From a virus: a stretch of DNA of 64,000 nt. Under the pieces are notes generated by a model. The model was given only the letters and a program-made list of their open reading frames with translations. It did not search any database and was not told the DNA's origin. Position numbers and translations under genes: made by a program. Where the stretch lies: the IMG/VR virus record IMGVR_UViG_3300017917_003637, positions 22,763 to 86,762 of that record, one strand, 5' to 3'. Each line of letters begins with the position of its first letter. Positions within the stretch are counted from its first letter, which is position 1. Positions 1 through 8,722 of the stretch are shown here, in pieces.

Positions 1-1
1 C

Positions 2-193
2 ATTAGCAAATTAATCAAGATTGAACCCACAGAATCTCAAGCATGGAATGGGATGAACACACATTTCCAATGTCCTGAGTGTTTTATTGCTTGGGACGCA
101 ATAACTGGCGATAGAACAGAGAAATATAAAGTTATGACGGTTGATACTGACGTGATGAAAAAGTTTATGGAGCGCTTGAAAAACGACCAATAA
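2..193 (+). CDS. Hypothetical protein, 3' part only (CxxC)
   Basis: Frame 2 is open from the window edge: ISKLIKIEPTESQAWNGMNTHFQCPECF...ERLKNDQ, TAA at 191-193, convergent with the next gene. Confidence 0.55.
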   Translation: MSKLIKIEPTESQAWNGMNTHFQCPECFIAWDAITGDRTEKYKVMTVDTDVMKKFMERLKNDQ

Positions 194-838
194 TCACTTC
201 TTTGGCGGACGTTTAGATTTTGATTTCTTTGCACCCTTTAGCACATTATTTATCTTGGCTTTTGGGTGCAATTTTTTCTTTTTGGATTTATCGTCAGTGG
301 TTTTCGTTTTCTTTTTCTTCTTCTTTTTGGGTATAGTGTTTTCAAAGATTCTTTCTTTGAACCCTGACAAGTCTATGTTGTAGGGTTCTTGTGATAGCAT
401 GGATATATCTAATTTCCATTGGTGTTTAGAAAGTACTTTGTGTTTATCAAATGATTCCACAATGTGATTTTGTATTTGTGTTTGGTTCCACTTGTTGACT
501 TTGGCAAGCTGTCTGTAACATACATTTTCTTGACCTATCGCGATTGACCTACCAATGTGTTTAACCATATGGCACTTTGGACATAACGAAATAAGACCAA
601 CTAGTTTTTGTGTAAGAGTTTCTTCATCGTAATGCCAAATTTCGTGACATTCAACGTTGTGGTTAAAGCCTTGGTTTTTACCAGTATCACCACAAATTTC
701 ACATTTATGGTTAGCTTGTTCGTAAGATAGTTTTCTGATTTTATCCCAATCAGCTGTTGATACGCATGTCCTTACGTTTGAGAAATGACATGTCTTAGGT
801 ACAAGTTCTATGGTTAATTTTGGGTTATTTGATTTCAT
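194..838 (-). CDS. HNH-family endonuclease-like Zn-binding protein with Lys-rich tail
   Basis: CEICG...VECHEIW...LCPKCHMVKH pattern. Confidence 0.7.
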   Translation of the reverse strand: MKSNNPKLTIELVPKTCHFSNVRTCVSTADWDKIRKLSYEQANHKCEICGDTGKNQGFNHNVECHEIWHYDEETLTQKLVGLISLCPKCHMVKHIGRSIAIGQENVCYRQLAKVNKWNQTQIQNHIVESFDKHKVLSKHQWKLDISMLSQEPYNIDLSGFKERIFENTIPKKKKKKKTKTTDDKSKKKKLHPKAKINNVLKGAKKSKSKRPPKK

Positions 839-841
839 ATT

Positions 842-1360
842 TTAATATGGCCAATCAAAATCAACATCAATAACTTTAAAATGATTTTTGTATTTATTTC
901 TAGGGATTACGTAGCCTTTGGTTTCACTACCTTCATCACCCACATTGTCATCTTTAAATTTGAATTGATTTTCAGATATTAGTTTTTTTAATTTCTTGGT
1001 TTCTATAATCCAAGCTTTTTTTAAATATACATAATAGTAAACATAATAATCGGATGTGCTAATGTTTATTCCAGACAATTTTCCTCTACATTCCGTTTCA
1101 ATAAAAATGTTACCAGAATCACGACCTTTTATATTCATAATACCAAAAGGCATTTGTAATTGTCTGTTAGGAAAACAATACTTATCTGATTTTACTTCAA
1201 TCGTTTTTTCTTGCTCTTTAATCAAACATTTAAAATCGTGTTTATTATTATGGTTAAACGATATTGTTTTGTATTGGTATTTATCTTCAAATAAATCCGC
1301 AATCACTTTTTCAGCCAATTGGCCTTTAGGTAAGTCCTTTTTAAAATTTGAATCTGTCAT
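842..1360 (-). CDS. PD-(D/E)XK nuclease-like protein
   Basis: G..AE...HDF...IEVKSD motif plus NIFIE...GKLSGI; ATG at 1360 follows a host-type promoter. Confidence 0.6.
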   Translation of the reverse strand: MTDSNFKKDLPKGQLAEKVIADLFEDKYQYKTISFNHNNKHDFKCLIKEQEKTIEVKSDKYCFPNRQLQMPFGIMNIKGRDSGNIFIETECRGKLSGINISTSDYYVYYYVYLKKAWIIETKKLKKLISENQFKFKDDNVGDEGSETKGYVIPRNKYKNHFKVIDVDFDWPY

Positions 1361-1372
1361 AATATTTTTAAC

Positions 1373-1403
1373 CAATGATAGTAAAAAACAACCAATAAGT
1401 CAA
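1373..1403 (-). promoter_or_regulatory. Bacteroidota-type sigma promoter (near consensus)
   Basis: Minus strand TTG-N20-TATCATTG, 12 nt upstream of ATG 1360. Confidence 0.45.
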
Positions 1404-1649
1404 TTAATATTTTAAATACTTGGTGACAAAATTTTTAGTTTCCTCAGTTTCAAAACCAAATACAGTCTCAATGGCTGTTATCATTTCTTTTTTAAGATAT
1501 GGTTTATCATTTGGGTTTGAGACTAGATAAGTTCTACCATTATCGAAAAGGATGGCACGTTTGAATTTGCCATTGAATTTGAGTCTTTGGATTGGGTAGT
1601 TTCGGTTTAAGTATTTTTGGATTAACTCGAAGTCTTTTTCTGTTACCAT
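1404..1649 (-). CDS. Hypothetical protein
   Basis: 81-aa ORF preceded by ATATTTAT (1668-1661). Confidence 0.65.
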   Translation of the reverse strand: MVTEKDFELIQKYLNRNYPIQRLKFNGKFKRAILFDNGRTYLVSNPNDKPYLKKEMITAIETVFGFETEETKNFVTKYLKY

Positions 1650-1667
1650 ATTTTTTTATTATAAATA

Positions 1668-1698
1668 TTGTTTGAATGGATAATAAGTAGTATATTTG
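1668..1698 (+). promoter_or_regulatory. Bacteroidota-type primary sigma promoter
   Basis: TTG 1668-1670, 20-nt spacer, TATATTTG 1691-1698, ATG at 1712. Confidence 0.65.
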
Positions 1699-1711
1699 CA
1701 AAAAATAAATT

Positions 1712-2032
1712 ATGTCTAAGATTGATAATTACATTCTTTTATCCATTGCAGAAAAGGCTTATCAAGTTTTTAAACAGACCAATTACATGACGTTTTCTGG
1801 GTTTTGTAAAAAACTAAGCTTATCAATAAGCAATAAAGACACAACACCAAAAGAGAAATATATGTTGTGTGAAATAATGGATGAATTGAATTTATTATAC
1901 GGTTTAAATGATAGTCAAGCTTGGAAATACATCAACGCTTTTTTTAGTTTTGATGTTGAAACGTTTGGTGAATATTTTAGATATATTAAGGCTATGGAAT
2001 CAACATATCCGTTGTTGTTTATTTATAAATAG
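1712..2032 (+). CDS. Hypothetical protein
   Basis: 106-aa ORF with upstream promoter and A-rich start. Confidence 0.65.
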   Translation: MSKIDNYILLSIAEKAYQVFKQTNYMTFSGFCKKLSLSISNKDTTPKEKYMLCEIMDELNLLYGLNDSQAWKYINAFFSFDVETFGEYFRYIKAMESTYPLLFIYK

Positions 2033-2273
2033 GGGTAACATTAATATTACCCTTTGTATATTCTGATTTCTTGTATTCTAAGAAATTGGTGATAACTTTG
2101 ACAATAAATTCAGCGGTGTATGGTGGGCAGAATAAATGAAATACAATTTTACTAGCAACATCTATTGCGGTTTTTTGACTTCTTTTTTGTCCCACACAAT
2201 ACAAGTAAACAGCTGGATGTTCATCTGTTAGTTCATAGTTTAAAAATTTGTATAAAATTCTTTCGTCTGACAT
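2019..2273 (-). CDS. Hypothetical protein
   Basis: 84-aa ORF filling the gap between neighbours. Confidence 0.55.
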   Translation of the reverse strand: MSDERILYKFLNYELTDEHPAVYLYCVGQKRSQKTAIDVASKIVFHLFCPPYTAEFIVKVITNFLEYKKSEYTKGNINVTPIYK

Positions 2274-2332
2274 TTATTTTTGCGTATTTAAAATTATATT
2301 TATAACTATAACAATTTTTTAAAAATAAGTAA

Positions 2333-2650
2333 ATGGCTTTAGAATTAAACCAAAGTAACGTTGATGAAGCGTTAAAAGAAAAAAAAGTAACGGTGCTAGA
2401 TTTTTGGGCGCCATGGTGCGGCCCTTGTAGAATGCTTGGCCCGATAATTGACGAATTGAGTACAGATAATGCTGGTAAGGATGTTACTATCGCAAAAATC
2501 AACGTCGAAGAAAACCAAGAATTAGCTATCAAGTATGGGGTAAGAGGTATCCCTACAGTTGTAATCTTCAAAGATGGAGAAGAACAAACAAGAAAAGTTG
2601 GTGTTGGTTCCAAATCAGAATTCCAAACAATCATTGACGGATTGTTGTAA
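2333..2650 (+). CDS. trxA: Thioredoxin
   Basis: DFWAPWCGPCR active site, GIPT cis-Pro motif, 105 aa. Confidence 0.95.
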   Translation: MALELNQSNVDEALKEKKVTVLDFWAPWCGPCRMLGPIIDELSTDNAGKDVTIAKINVEENQELAIKYGVRGIPTVVIFKDGEEQTRKVGVGSKSEFQTIIDGLL

Positions 2651-2672
2651 TTTTTTTTAGTTATGTTATTGT

Positions 2673-2702
2673 AAAAAGGGTTCGGTTTTCCGAACCTTTT
2701 TT
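2673..2702 (+). terminator. Intrinsic terminator
   Basis: GGTTCGG-TTTT-CCGAACC followed by T6. Confidence 0.8.
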
Positions 2703-2712
2703 GTTTTACAAA

Positions 2713-2720
2713 ATATTTAT
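2713..2720 (+). promoter_or_regulatory. Putative phage late promoter ATATTTAT (one of 17 copies)
   Basis: Directly after a terminator and 4 nt before ATG 2725. Confidence 0.6.
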
Positions 2721-2724
2721 AGAT

Positions 2725-3066
2725 ATGAAAAAGAAATTAATAATTACAGAATCTCAATTTAAAAACGTTAAGGCTATTTTAGCTGAGAATACCATGCATG
2801 CCAGAATGGTAAAAGAGATGAAAGATTTTTTAGATGCAAACTATACACCCACCGAAAACTACGTTCGCGAGGGTGGAGAGTATTTTGGGAAAACTATGTT
2901 TAAGGTTAACGCTGATGAAGAATTGATTTCAGCTAAACAGTTGTATGAATACATGCAATACAAATTTGGTCTTGGTGAGGCGTTTACGCAGCAAGTCATC
3001 AAGGATTGGGTATCTGGAAAGATTGGTGAAGATTATATGTTATCTAAACATGTACCAATGAGATAA
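2725..3066 (+). CDS. Hypothetical protein, probable virion internal protein
   Basis: N-terminal KKLIITESQF...ILAE leader; ATG at 2725. Confidence 0.7.
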   Translation: MKKKLIITESQFKNVKAILAENTMHARMVKEMKDFLDANYTPTENYVREGGEYFGKTMFKVNADEELISAKQLYEYMQYKFGLGEAFTQQVIKDWVSGKIGEDYMLSKHVPMR

Positions 3067-3071
3067 ATGTT

Positions 3072-3395
3072 ATGGACCTCAAGCCTAAAATACGACAAAT
3101 CTTAAGAGAACACTACGGTGAATTCGAGACCTATTTAGAACATAAATACGAAGAAGTTTTAACCGAAAACCTAATTACTGGTTCTACCAAAGTAAAAGAA
3201 GCTTGGGCTACTTACAATCAAGTTGTTTTAGAATTAAAAAATAGTATAAAAAACACACTTAAACTAAAAGAGTTACAATACAAATTAACAGAAAATTCAA
3301 ACCCAAAAGACATGTGTATTGAAGTCATATCTGACATAAAAGACGTGTCTCCTGAACTAAAAAGGCTATACGAAAAAATAAAAACTTTGTATTAA
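3072..3395 (+). CDS. Hypothetical protein (paralog of 3541-3879)
   Basis: IRQILRE leader; KELQYKLTENSNP motif shared with the next gene. Confidence 0.7.
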   Translation: MDLKPKIRQILREHYGEFETYLEHKYEEVLTENLITGSTKVKEAWATYNQVVLELKNSIKNTLKLKELQYKLTENSNPKDMCIEVISDIKDVSPELKRLYEKIKTLY

Positions 3396-3540
3396 TTTGG
3401 TATTCAAATATTTACATAACTACTTGATTTTCAATACGTTTATAGTAAAAAAAATTACCATAAAATCTTTCTATAGTTAGGTCTAATTGGTTACTTTAAG
3501 ATATTTATAGTTAAATAACATTTTTTAAAATTGTGGATTG

Positions 3541-3879
3541 ATGGGAGTAAATAATTTTTTAGTCACTACTTGTCAAACTAATAAAACTAGGTTAGACAAA
3601 TTATATTATGAACACGTTAGTTGTTTGTTGAAAGACTTAAATGAAGAGGAAGAAATAAAGTGGGAAACATATGGGTTAATAATTGATAGTTTACTCAAGC
3701 AAGGTCACAAAAATATTTTAAAAGAGGTTAAATATCGAATGACAGATGGCGAAAACCCAAATGAAATTATGTTAGACATCATACATAGACATTCGGATAC
3801 TGTTGATGGGATGATTTGGTTTTTAAAGAGAAGGATTGAAGAATATTTAGAAGACGATTTTTACAAAAAATTTTTCTAA
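3541..3879 (+). CDS. Hypothetical protein (paralog of 3072-3395)
   Basis: KEVKYRMTDGENP motif; ATATTTAT at 3501-3508. Confidence 0.7.
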   Translation: MGVNNFLVTTCQTNKTRLDKLYYEHVSCLLKDLNEEEEIKWETYGLIIDSLLKQGHKNILKEVKYRMTDGENPNEIMLDIIHRHSDTVDGMIWFLKRRIEEYLEDDFYKKFF

Positions 3880-3885
3880 AAAATG

Positions 3886-3916
3886 TTGCCTTATTCATTT
3901 TAAATTCGTATGTTTG
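3886..3916 (+). promoter_or_regulatory. Bacteroidota-type primary sigma promoter
   Basis: TTG 3886-3888, N20, TATGTTTG 3909-3916, ATG at 3934. Confidence 0.65.
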
Positions 3917-3933
3917 CACATTAATAGATTAAT

Positions 3934-5328
3934 ATGAAAACAGGCTTAACAGACAGGTTAGTATTTTTGGCTGAAACCTTTGACGTATTTGACTGTTCTT
4001 CTGAGGAAATTGTTAAAAAGATTTCTGATTTGGAGAAAGACAATTACGAGGTACAAACCATTCACTACGAGGAAAATATAATTGCATTGGTATCTTCAAA
4101 GGTTAACGACAAGGACCGTGTGATAAAAAAAGTTAGCGTTTGTATGGATGTCTTTGCTGAAATGATTGCAGCTGACCCTACAAACAATAAGATGTATGTT
4201 CAGTGGATGCTTAACATGTTTTCTAGATTTATGAAAGATGTTAAATCTCAACCATATGGAATACGTTTGGTTGGTGAAGATTTGCCTCAAGCTGAAATGT
4301 ATTTAACGTTATTTGAAGATAACAAGAGAAAGAAAAAATTTAAAGACTTATGTCTTGGTAGTTATTCTTTGAAGGGTATTACAGACCCAACGGATATTAA
4401 CCAATACAAGTCTTTGTCACAGTTGTTTGACGCTGTTGACCCGTTCATTGAAAAAGACCCTAGTGCGATTGAAAGGATTATTATGAGGTATGTTGAGATG
4501 GGTAAGGCTATTATTCCTGTAAAGGATAGAAAGTTTACCGTTTACATTCCGTTAACGACAGAAGCTTCTGTTGTATTTAGCAAGTATGCCAACTGGTGTA
4601 CAGCTAGAGAAGGTAACGGTATGTTTAAGAACTATACTGAGAATTATAAAACACCAGATGGCAAACATTCTAAGTTGTATGTTATTATCAACAACAAATT
4701 TTTTGCTGGAGAATCTGATGAAATCTTTCAAGTACACTTTGAAACTAACCAGTTAAAGGATAGAAAGAACGGACAGAACGTTAGCATTTTTGAGAATGTT
4801 ATTTCTGAAAGTGAAGGGGTTGCAAACTTTTTCAAGGAAGAGTTAACATTGTTGGCAAAAAAGAAAAAAACAGTAAAAGGGAATCCTTATTTGGACTATT
4901 TGTTAAGATTTGGATTTGCTGATACATTATTTGAGTTGTTGGAAGAAGACACTCCGATTATTAAATTTATGGATAGAGAAATACCGATGATACCAAACAT
5001 TTCCAAATTTAAAAATTTGGACCAGATTATTATAACGGACGCAAAACTAAAAGAATTGCATCCGTCGATTGGTGATTTGGATAAACTTTGTTTATTGGTA
5101 TTGGCCAACAATAAATTAACATCTTTGCCAAGTGAGATTGGCAAACTAAAAAATTTGGAATTTATGAACATCAAGGGTAATTGTATTCAACATATACCTT
5201 CGGAGATTTCAAAATTAGATAGACAAAATGGCGGGTCGTTATATCGCATAGTGGTTGACCGCGATTCCATAGGGGTAGAAAATTACAATAGACTAAAAGA
5301 GTTGTTACCAACAACTAATTTTAGCTAA
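3934..5328 (+). CDS. Leucine-rich-repeat protein with uncharacterised N-terminal domain
   Basis: C-terminal LxxLxLxxNxLxxLPxxIGxLxxL repeats; central WCTA motif. Confidence 0.8.
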   Translation: MKTGLTDRLVFLAETFDVFDCSSEEIVKKISDLEKDNYEVQTIHYEENIIALVSSKVNDKDRVIKKVSVCMDVFAEMIAADPTNNKMYVQWMLNMFSRFMKDVKSQPYGIRLVGEDLPQAEMYLTLFEDNKRKKKFKDLCLGSYSLKGITDPTDINQYKSLSQLFDAVDPFIEKDPSAIERIIMRYVEMGKAIIPVKDRKFTVYIPLTTEASVVFSKYANWCTAREGNGMFKNYTENYKTPDGKHSKLYVIINNKFFAGESDEIFQVHFETNQLKDRKNGQNVSIFENVISESEGVANFFKEELTLLAKKKKTVKGNPYLDYLLRFGFADTLFELLEEDTPIIKFMDREIPMIPNISKFKNLDQIIITDAKLKELHPSIGDLDKLCLLVLANNKLTSLPSEIGKLKNLEFMNIKGNCIQHIPSEISKLDRQNGGSLYRIVVDRDSIGVENYNRLKELLPTTNFS

Positions 5329-5334
5329 AGTTAT

Positions 5335-5362
5335 AAGGGGCCCAATTACGGGCCCCTTTTTT
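5335..5362 (+). terminator. Intrinsic terminator
   Basis: GGGGCCC-AATTAC-GGGCCCC then T6. Confidence 0.8.
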
Positions 5363-5388
5363 ATTATAAACACATAAAAACAAATGTT

Positions 5389-5922
5389 ATGAAATGGATT
5401 AGAAACAACAAGCCAATCGAAGAAGATTTAGTAGATTACTTGGAAAAATTGTTCGACGAACAAATGGAAAAAAACAGAACACTTAAAGTATCAATCGGTA
5501 CTGACTCACAAAAAATCAAAGGCACACTTTACAAGTTTGCTACAGTAATCCTTATTACTGCAACTGAAGATTTGGGTGGTGGTGTTATCTGGGGGCGTGG
5601 TGGTATGATTATATCATCAACTTACAACCATGATTTCATGAAAAAAGACAGCGGTGATGGTAGAAAAAGAGACAAGGAACTTGTAAATGAAAGAATGGTG
5701 TTCGAGGTTGGTAAATCAATCGAGGTGGCTACTGAAATTGCTGAATTGCTTGATGTATATGAAATTCCATTGGAGATTCACGCTGATATCAACCCAAACC
5801 CAAAATGGGAATCAAACAAAGCGTTGCAATCAGCTGTTGGTTACATTTTAGGTATGGGTTACGAATTCAAAATTAAACCTGAGGCTTGGGCTGCTTCAAC
5901 TGCTGCTGACAAAAAATGTTAA
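5389..5922 (+). CDS. YkuK/DUF458-like RNase H-fold protein
   Basis: IGTDSQ, EVGKSIEVA, LEIHADIN, IKPEAWAASTAADK motifs. Confidence 0.8.
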   Translation: MKWIRNNKPIEEDLVDYLEKLFDEQMEKNRTLKVSIGTDSQKIKGTLYKFATVILITATEDLGGGVIWGRGGMIISSTYNHDFMKKDSGDGRKRDKELVNERMVFEVGKSIEVATEIAELLDVYEIPLEIHADINPNPKWESNKALQSAVGYILGMGYEFKIKPEAWAASTAADKKC

Positions 5923-5981
5923 AATTTTACTATCACTTGTTTTTTTGGTGTAATGTTAGTATATTTACAAAAAAATACACT

Positions 5982-6137
5982 ATGAAACGTTACGCTTTAA
6001 AAACAAAAACAGGTGAAGTGATTAACACAATCAATGCTGTCGATAAAGACCAAGCTGTTGATTTGTTTGCTGAGATTAAAAAATTATCCAAGGAAGATTT
6101 ACTAGATATCTATTTAGTTGATATTTTTATACGATAA
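5982..6137 (+). CDS. Small hypothetical protein
   Basis: ATG 5982 after TTG(5937)-N20-TATATTTA(5960-5967). Confidence 0.6.
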   Translation: MKRYALKTKTGEVINTINAVDKDQAVDLFAEIKKLSKEDLLDIYLVDIFIR

Positions 6138-6204
6138 TTTAGGTTTTTTTATTTTTTTGATATATTTATTAGAAAATAAGATTTTATTTTAAAACTTAAT
6201 AGAC

Positions 6205-6408
6205 ATGTCAAACGTTAAAAAAACCGTTAAAATCAAAGAATCTCACCTTGTTGATTTAATCGACAATATTGTTAATGAAGCTGTTGCTGTAAAAAAACAA
6301 GAGTGGATTAACGAGCAAGCTAAAAAACAAAGTGAGTCAAGCAAATTGATGGAGGCTAAAATCGCTAAATTAGAAAAAGCCGTAAGAAGACTTACCGAAG
6401 GTAAATAA
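6205..6408 (+). CDS. Small coiled-coil protein, probable virion internal protein
   Basis: VKIKESHLVDLIDNIVNE leader; ATATTTAT at 6162-6169. Confidence 0.7.
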   Translation: MSNVKKTVKIKESHLVDLIDNIVNEAVAVKKQEWINEQAKKQSESSKLMEAKIAKLEKAVRRLTEGK

Positions 6409-6431
6409 TTTAAGCCAAACAAACTAATACT

Positions 6432-6473
6432 AAGACTGGGATAGATTTTTTCTGTCCTAGTCTTTTATTTTTT
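6432..6473 (+). terminator. Probable intrinsic terminator
   Basis: AAGACTGGGATAGA / TCTGTCCTAGTCTT hairpin (G-U pairs) then T-rich tract. Confidence 0.6.
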
Positions 6474-6506
6474 ATACCTTTTGTTATATTTACTATAAAA
6501 AGTTTT

Positions 6507-7196
6507 ATGCAAAGGGTTATAGAGAAACTACACATTAGTGAAATCCCACTAATATCAACTGTTACTAGAGATGAATTTATTACTGCTAGTGAAATAGCAT
6601 TTGATTGCAAATTCGATGGACATTCATTATTTTATCCATGGGTGTTACCAAAATCAATACCTAGTAAATTTAAGATTGGTGTGATTGTTGGTTCCAGCGG
6701 TTCTGGTAAATCAACACTTTTAAAAGAATTTGGTGTTGAAGAAACACCAATATGGGATTCAAATAAATCAATCATTTCACATTTTGAAACACCTGAAGAT
6801 GGTATTAACAAGTTAAGTTCAGTTGGGCTTAATTCAGTACCTTCATGGTATAAACCATATCACGTTTTATCCAACGGTGAAAAGTTCAGAGCTGATTTGG
6901 CCAGAAAGATAAGGTCCAATGCTGTTATAGATGAATACACCAGTGTTGTGGATAGAAACGTAGCCAAAGCGGCCAGTGTGTCGTTATCAAGGTATGTAAA
7001 GAATAATGATATTCATAACATTGTATTATCAACATGTCATAGAGATATATTGGATTGGCTTGAACCTGATTGGGTAATAGATACAGATAGTGGTGAGCTA
7101 ATCGACGGTTTTTTTTTGTCCGACCAGAAATCAAACTTGACGTATATCGCACAAGCCATGATTGTTGGAGAATGTTTAGCCAGCATCACTATTTAG
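6507..7196 (+). CDS. ABC-type ATPase domain (N-terminal part of a frameshifted ATPase-GNAT)
   Basis: Walker A GSSGSGKST, signature LSNGEKFR, Walker B AVIDE, H-loop STCH; no membrane domain. Confidence 0.85.
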   Translation: MQRVIEKLHISEIPLISTVTRDEFITASEIAFDCKFDGHSLFYPWVLPKSIPSKFKIGVIVGSSGSGKSTLLKEFGVEETPIWDSNKSIISHFETPEDGINKLSSVGLNSVPSWYKPYHVLSNGEKFRADLARKIRSNAVIDEYTSVVDRNVAKAASVSLSRYVKNNDIHNIVLSTCHRDILDWLEPDWVIDTDSGELIDGFFLSDQKSNLTYIAQAMIVGECLASITI

Positions 7197-7597
7197 ATGC
7201 TAAAGTGAATAAAGCTGCAAGATTTTATGTTGGGATATGGGATGGGAACGTTGTTGCGTTTGGTGCTGCTATAACAATGCCAAATGGAGCTGTTAAAAAC
7301 GCATGGAGGGGTCATAGGACCGTTGTGTTGCCAGATTTTCAAGGAATGGGTATAGGTGTTAGGTTTTCAGATATAATCGCGCAAATCCACTTAAATGAAG
7401 GTCACAGATATTTTTCAAGAACCGCACACCCGCGCATGGGGGAATATAGGGAGAAATCACAGTTGTGGAAACCAACCAGCAAAAATAAAAAATTAAGAAC
7501 TGATGTTAAACATGAGAATGTTTATAACAATCATTTTGCGGATAATAAAAGGGTGTGTTATAGTCATGAATACATAGGCATAAAAAAAGAGGGATAA
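7109..7597 (+). CDS. GNAT acetyltransferase domain in the -1 frame relative to the ATPase
   Basis: RTVVLPDFQGMGIG acetyl-CoA motif; the frame is open from 7097 and reads FFFVRPEIKLDVYR...WRMFSQHHYL from the T9 run (in-frame ATG at 7172). Confidence 0.8.
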   Translation, partial: FFFVRPEIKLDVYRTSHDCWRMFSQHHYLDAKVNKAARFYVGIWDGNVVAFGAAITMPNGAVKNAWRGHRTVVLPDFQGMGIGVRFSDIIAQIHLNEGHRYFSRTAHPRMGEYREKSQLWKPTSKNKKLRTDVKHENVYNNHFADNKRVCYSHEYIGIKKEG

Positions 7598-7609
7598 ACC
7601 CTCTTTTTT
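7582..7609. terminator. Bidirectional terminator between convergent genes
   Basis: A7-GAGGG-ATAAA-CCCTC-T6. Confidence 0.75.
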
Positions 7610-8249
7610 ATTTTATTCTTTTAGCGATTATTTGTACAGTACAAATTACGTTATTTTTACCCTTGTCGAATTTAACATCAACCACATCAAATTCAAACTC
7701 TATTGAATCTAAATTAAGAGCTGAAGCTATTTGTACTTTGGCTTTATTTATAGCTAAGTCTTTTGCCATTTCTTTGGTTGGACCATCTGTTTTAGCAATT
7801 GATGTAAATGACCCGTCAGCGTTTTTGGTTACACCAATTTTATGTAATTTTTCAATCTTATATGGGTTTTTATTCATAGCATGCATATTTGGGGATGCCA
7901 ATGTTGAAGCAGCCATGCCCAATGTACCGAGTGTTCTAGCAAGACTACCCTCTTCAATTTCCTCTCTAAGAAGTCTTTGGATTAATTGTCTTTGAGATTC
8001 TTTTACGGTTTCAAATTCTTTTTCAGCATCTTTTTCCATTTTAATGAGTCTGTCGTAGTAATCTGGAAATTCTGTAATATGGTCCATAGCGATTTCAGTG
8101 GCTCTTTCTTTGTCATCAGTATGTTCCAATTCAATCTTAACCCCTTTTTTTATTTGAGCTTCTATTTTATCAACAGACACTTTGAATTTATCTGCTATGT
8201 CTTTTACCGTCATTTTGTCGGCTTTTCCGCCTTTGATTGTGTTTTTCAT
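7608..8249 (-). CDS. DUF5661-like domain protein with C-terminal extension
   Basis: KGVKIELEHT...AMDHITEFPDYYDRL motif; internal LIQRLLREEIEE followed by a hydrophobic segment; ATG at 8249. Confidence 0.65.
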   Translation of the reverse strand: MKNTIKGGKADKMTVKDIADKFKVSVDKIEAQIKKGVKIELEHTDDKERATEIAMDHITEFPDYYDRLIKMEKDAEKEFETVKESQRQLIQRLLREEIEEGSLARTLGTLGMAASTLASPNMHAMNKNPYKIEKLHKIGVTKNADGSFTSIAKTDGPTKEMAKDLAINKAKVQIASALNLDSIEFEFDVVDVKFDKGKNNVICTVQIIAKRIK

Positions 8250-8251
8250 AA

Positions 8252-8659
8252 TTATATGTAATCTTCTGGGTGTAGTCTTCCCCATTTTCTCATTATTACC
8301 CCAGCCAATGCATTGGCTTCGTTTTCTATTGGACTACCGTCAGCACCATCTTTTTCTGGGTCTGTTAGTTTTCCAATTATATTTTGTTTGTGATGTACAA
8401 GCTCATGAGCAATTGAACGCATAACGTCAATCTTCGCTCTATCCTTTACATATACTTTAACTCTATGGTCACTGTTGTGATAATACGCTGTTGTTCTTAA
8501 GTCTGGTGTTTTTTCAAACGCCAATTCAACTTTTACATCATCATCTATAGCTAACAATTTCTTAGCAAAGTTTACAAAATCAGACACATCCAAGACATCT
8601 TCTTTGTCTTTGGTCATGATTGCTTCTCTAAGTAATTGTTTTATAAATCCTTTTGACAT
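8252..8659 (-). CDS. Zincin-like metallopeptidase domain protein
   Basis: SIAHELVHHKQ (HExxH) and downstream ENEANALAG; start MSKGFIKQLLRE after ATATTTAT (8682-8675). Confidence 0.75.
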   Translation of the reverse strand: MSKGFIKQLLREAIMTKDKEDVLDVSDFVNFAKKLLAIDDDVKVELAFEKTPDLRTTAYYHNSDHRVKVYVKDRAKIDVMRSIAHELVHHKQNIIGKLTDPEKDGADGSPIENEANALAGVIMRKWGRLHPEDYI

Positions 8660-8692
8660 TATTATAGTTTTACTATAAATATTGTTTAAAAT

Positions 8693-8719
8693 AAAAAAAC
8701 CCACTTTCGTGGGCTTTTT
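8693..8719 (-). terminator. Intrinsic terminator of clpC
   Basis: Minus strand GCCCAC-GAAA-GTGGGT then T tract. Confidence 0.75.
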
Positions 8720-8722
8720 ATG

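Noticed and set aside
3416-3443. Imperfect palindrome ATAAC-TAC-TTGA-TTT-TCAA-TAC-GTTTAT in an intergenic gap
   Set aside because: Single AT-rich imperfect copy with no assignable function.
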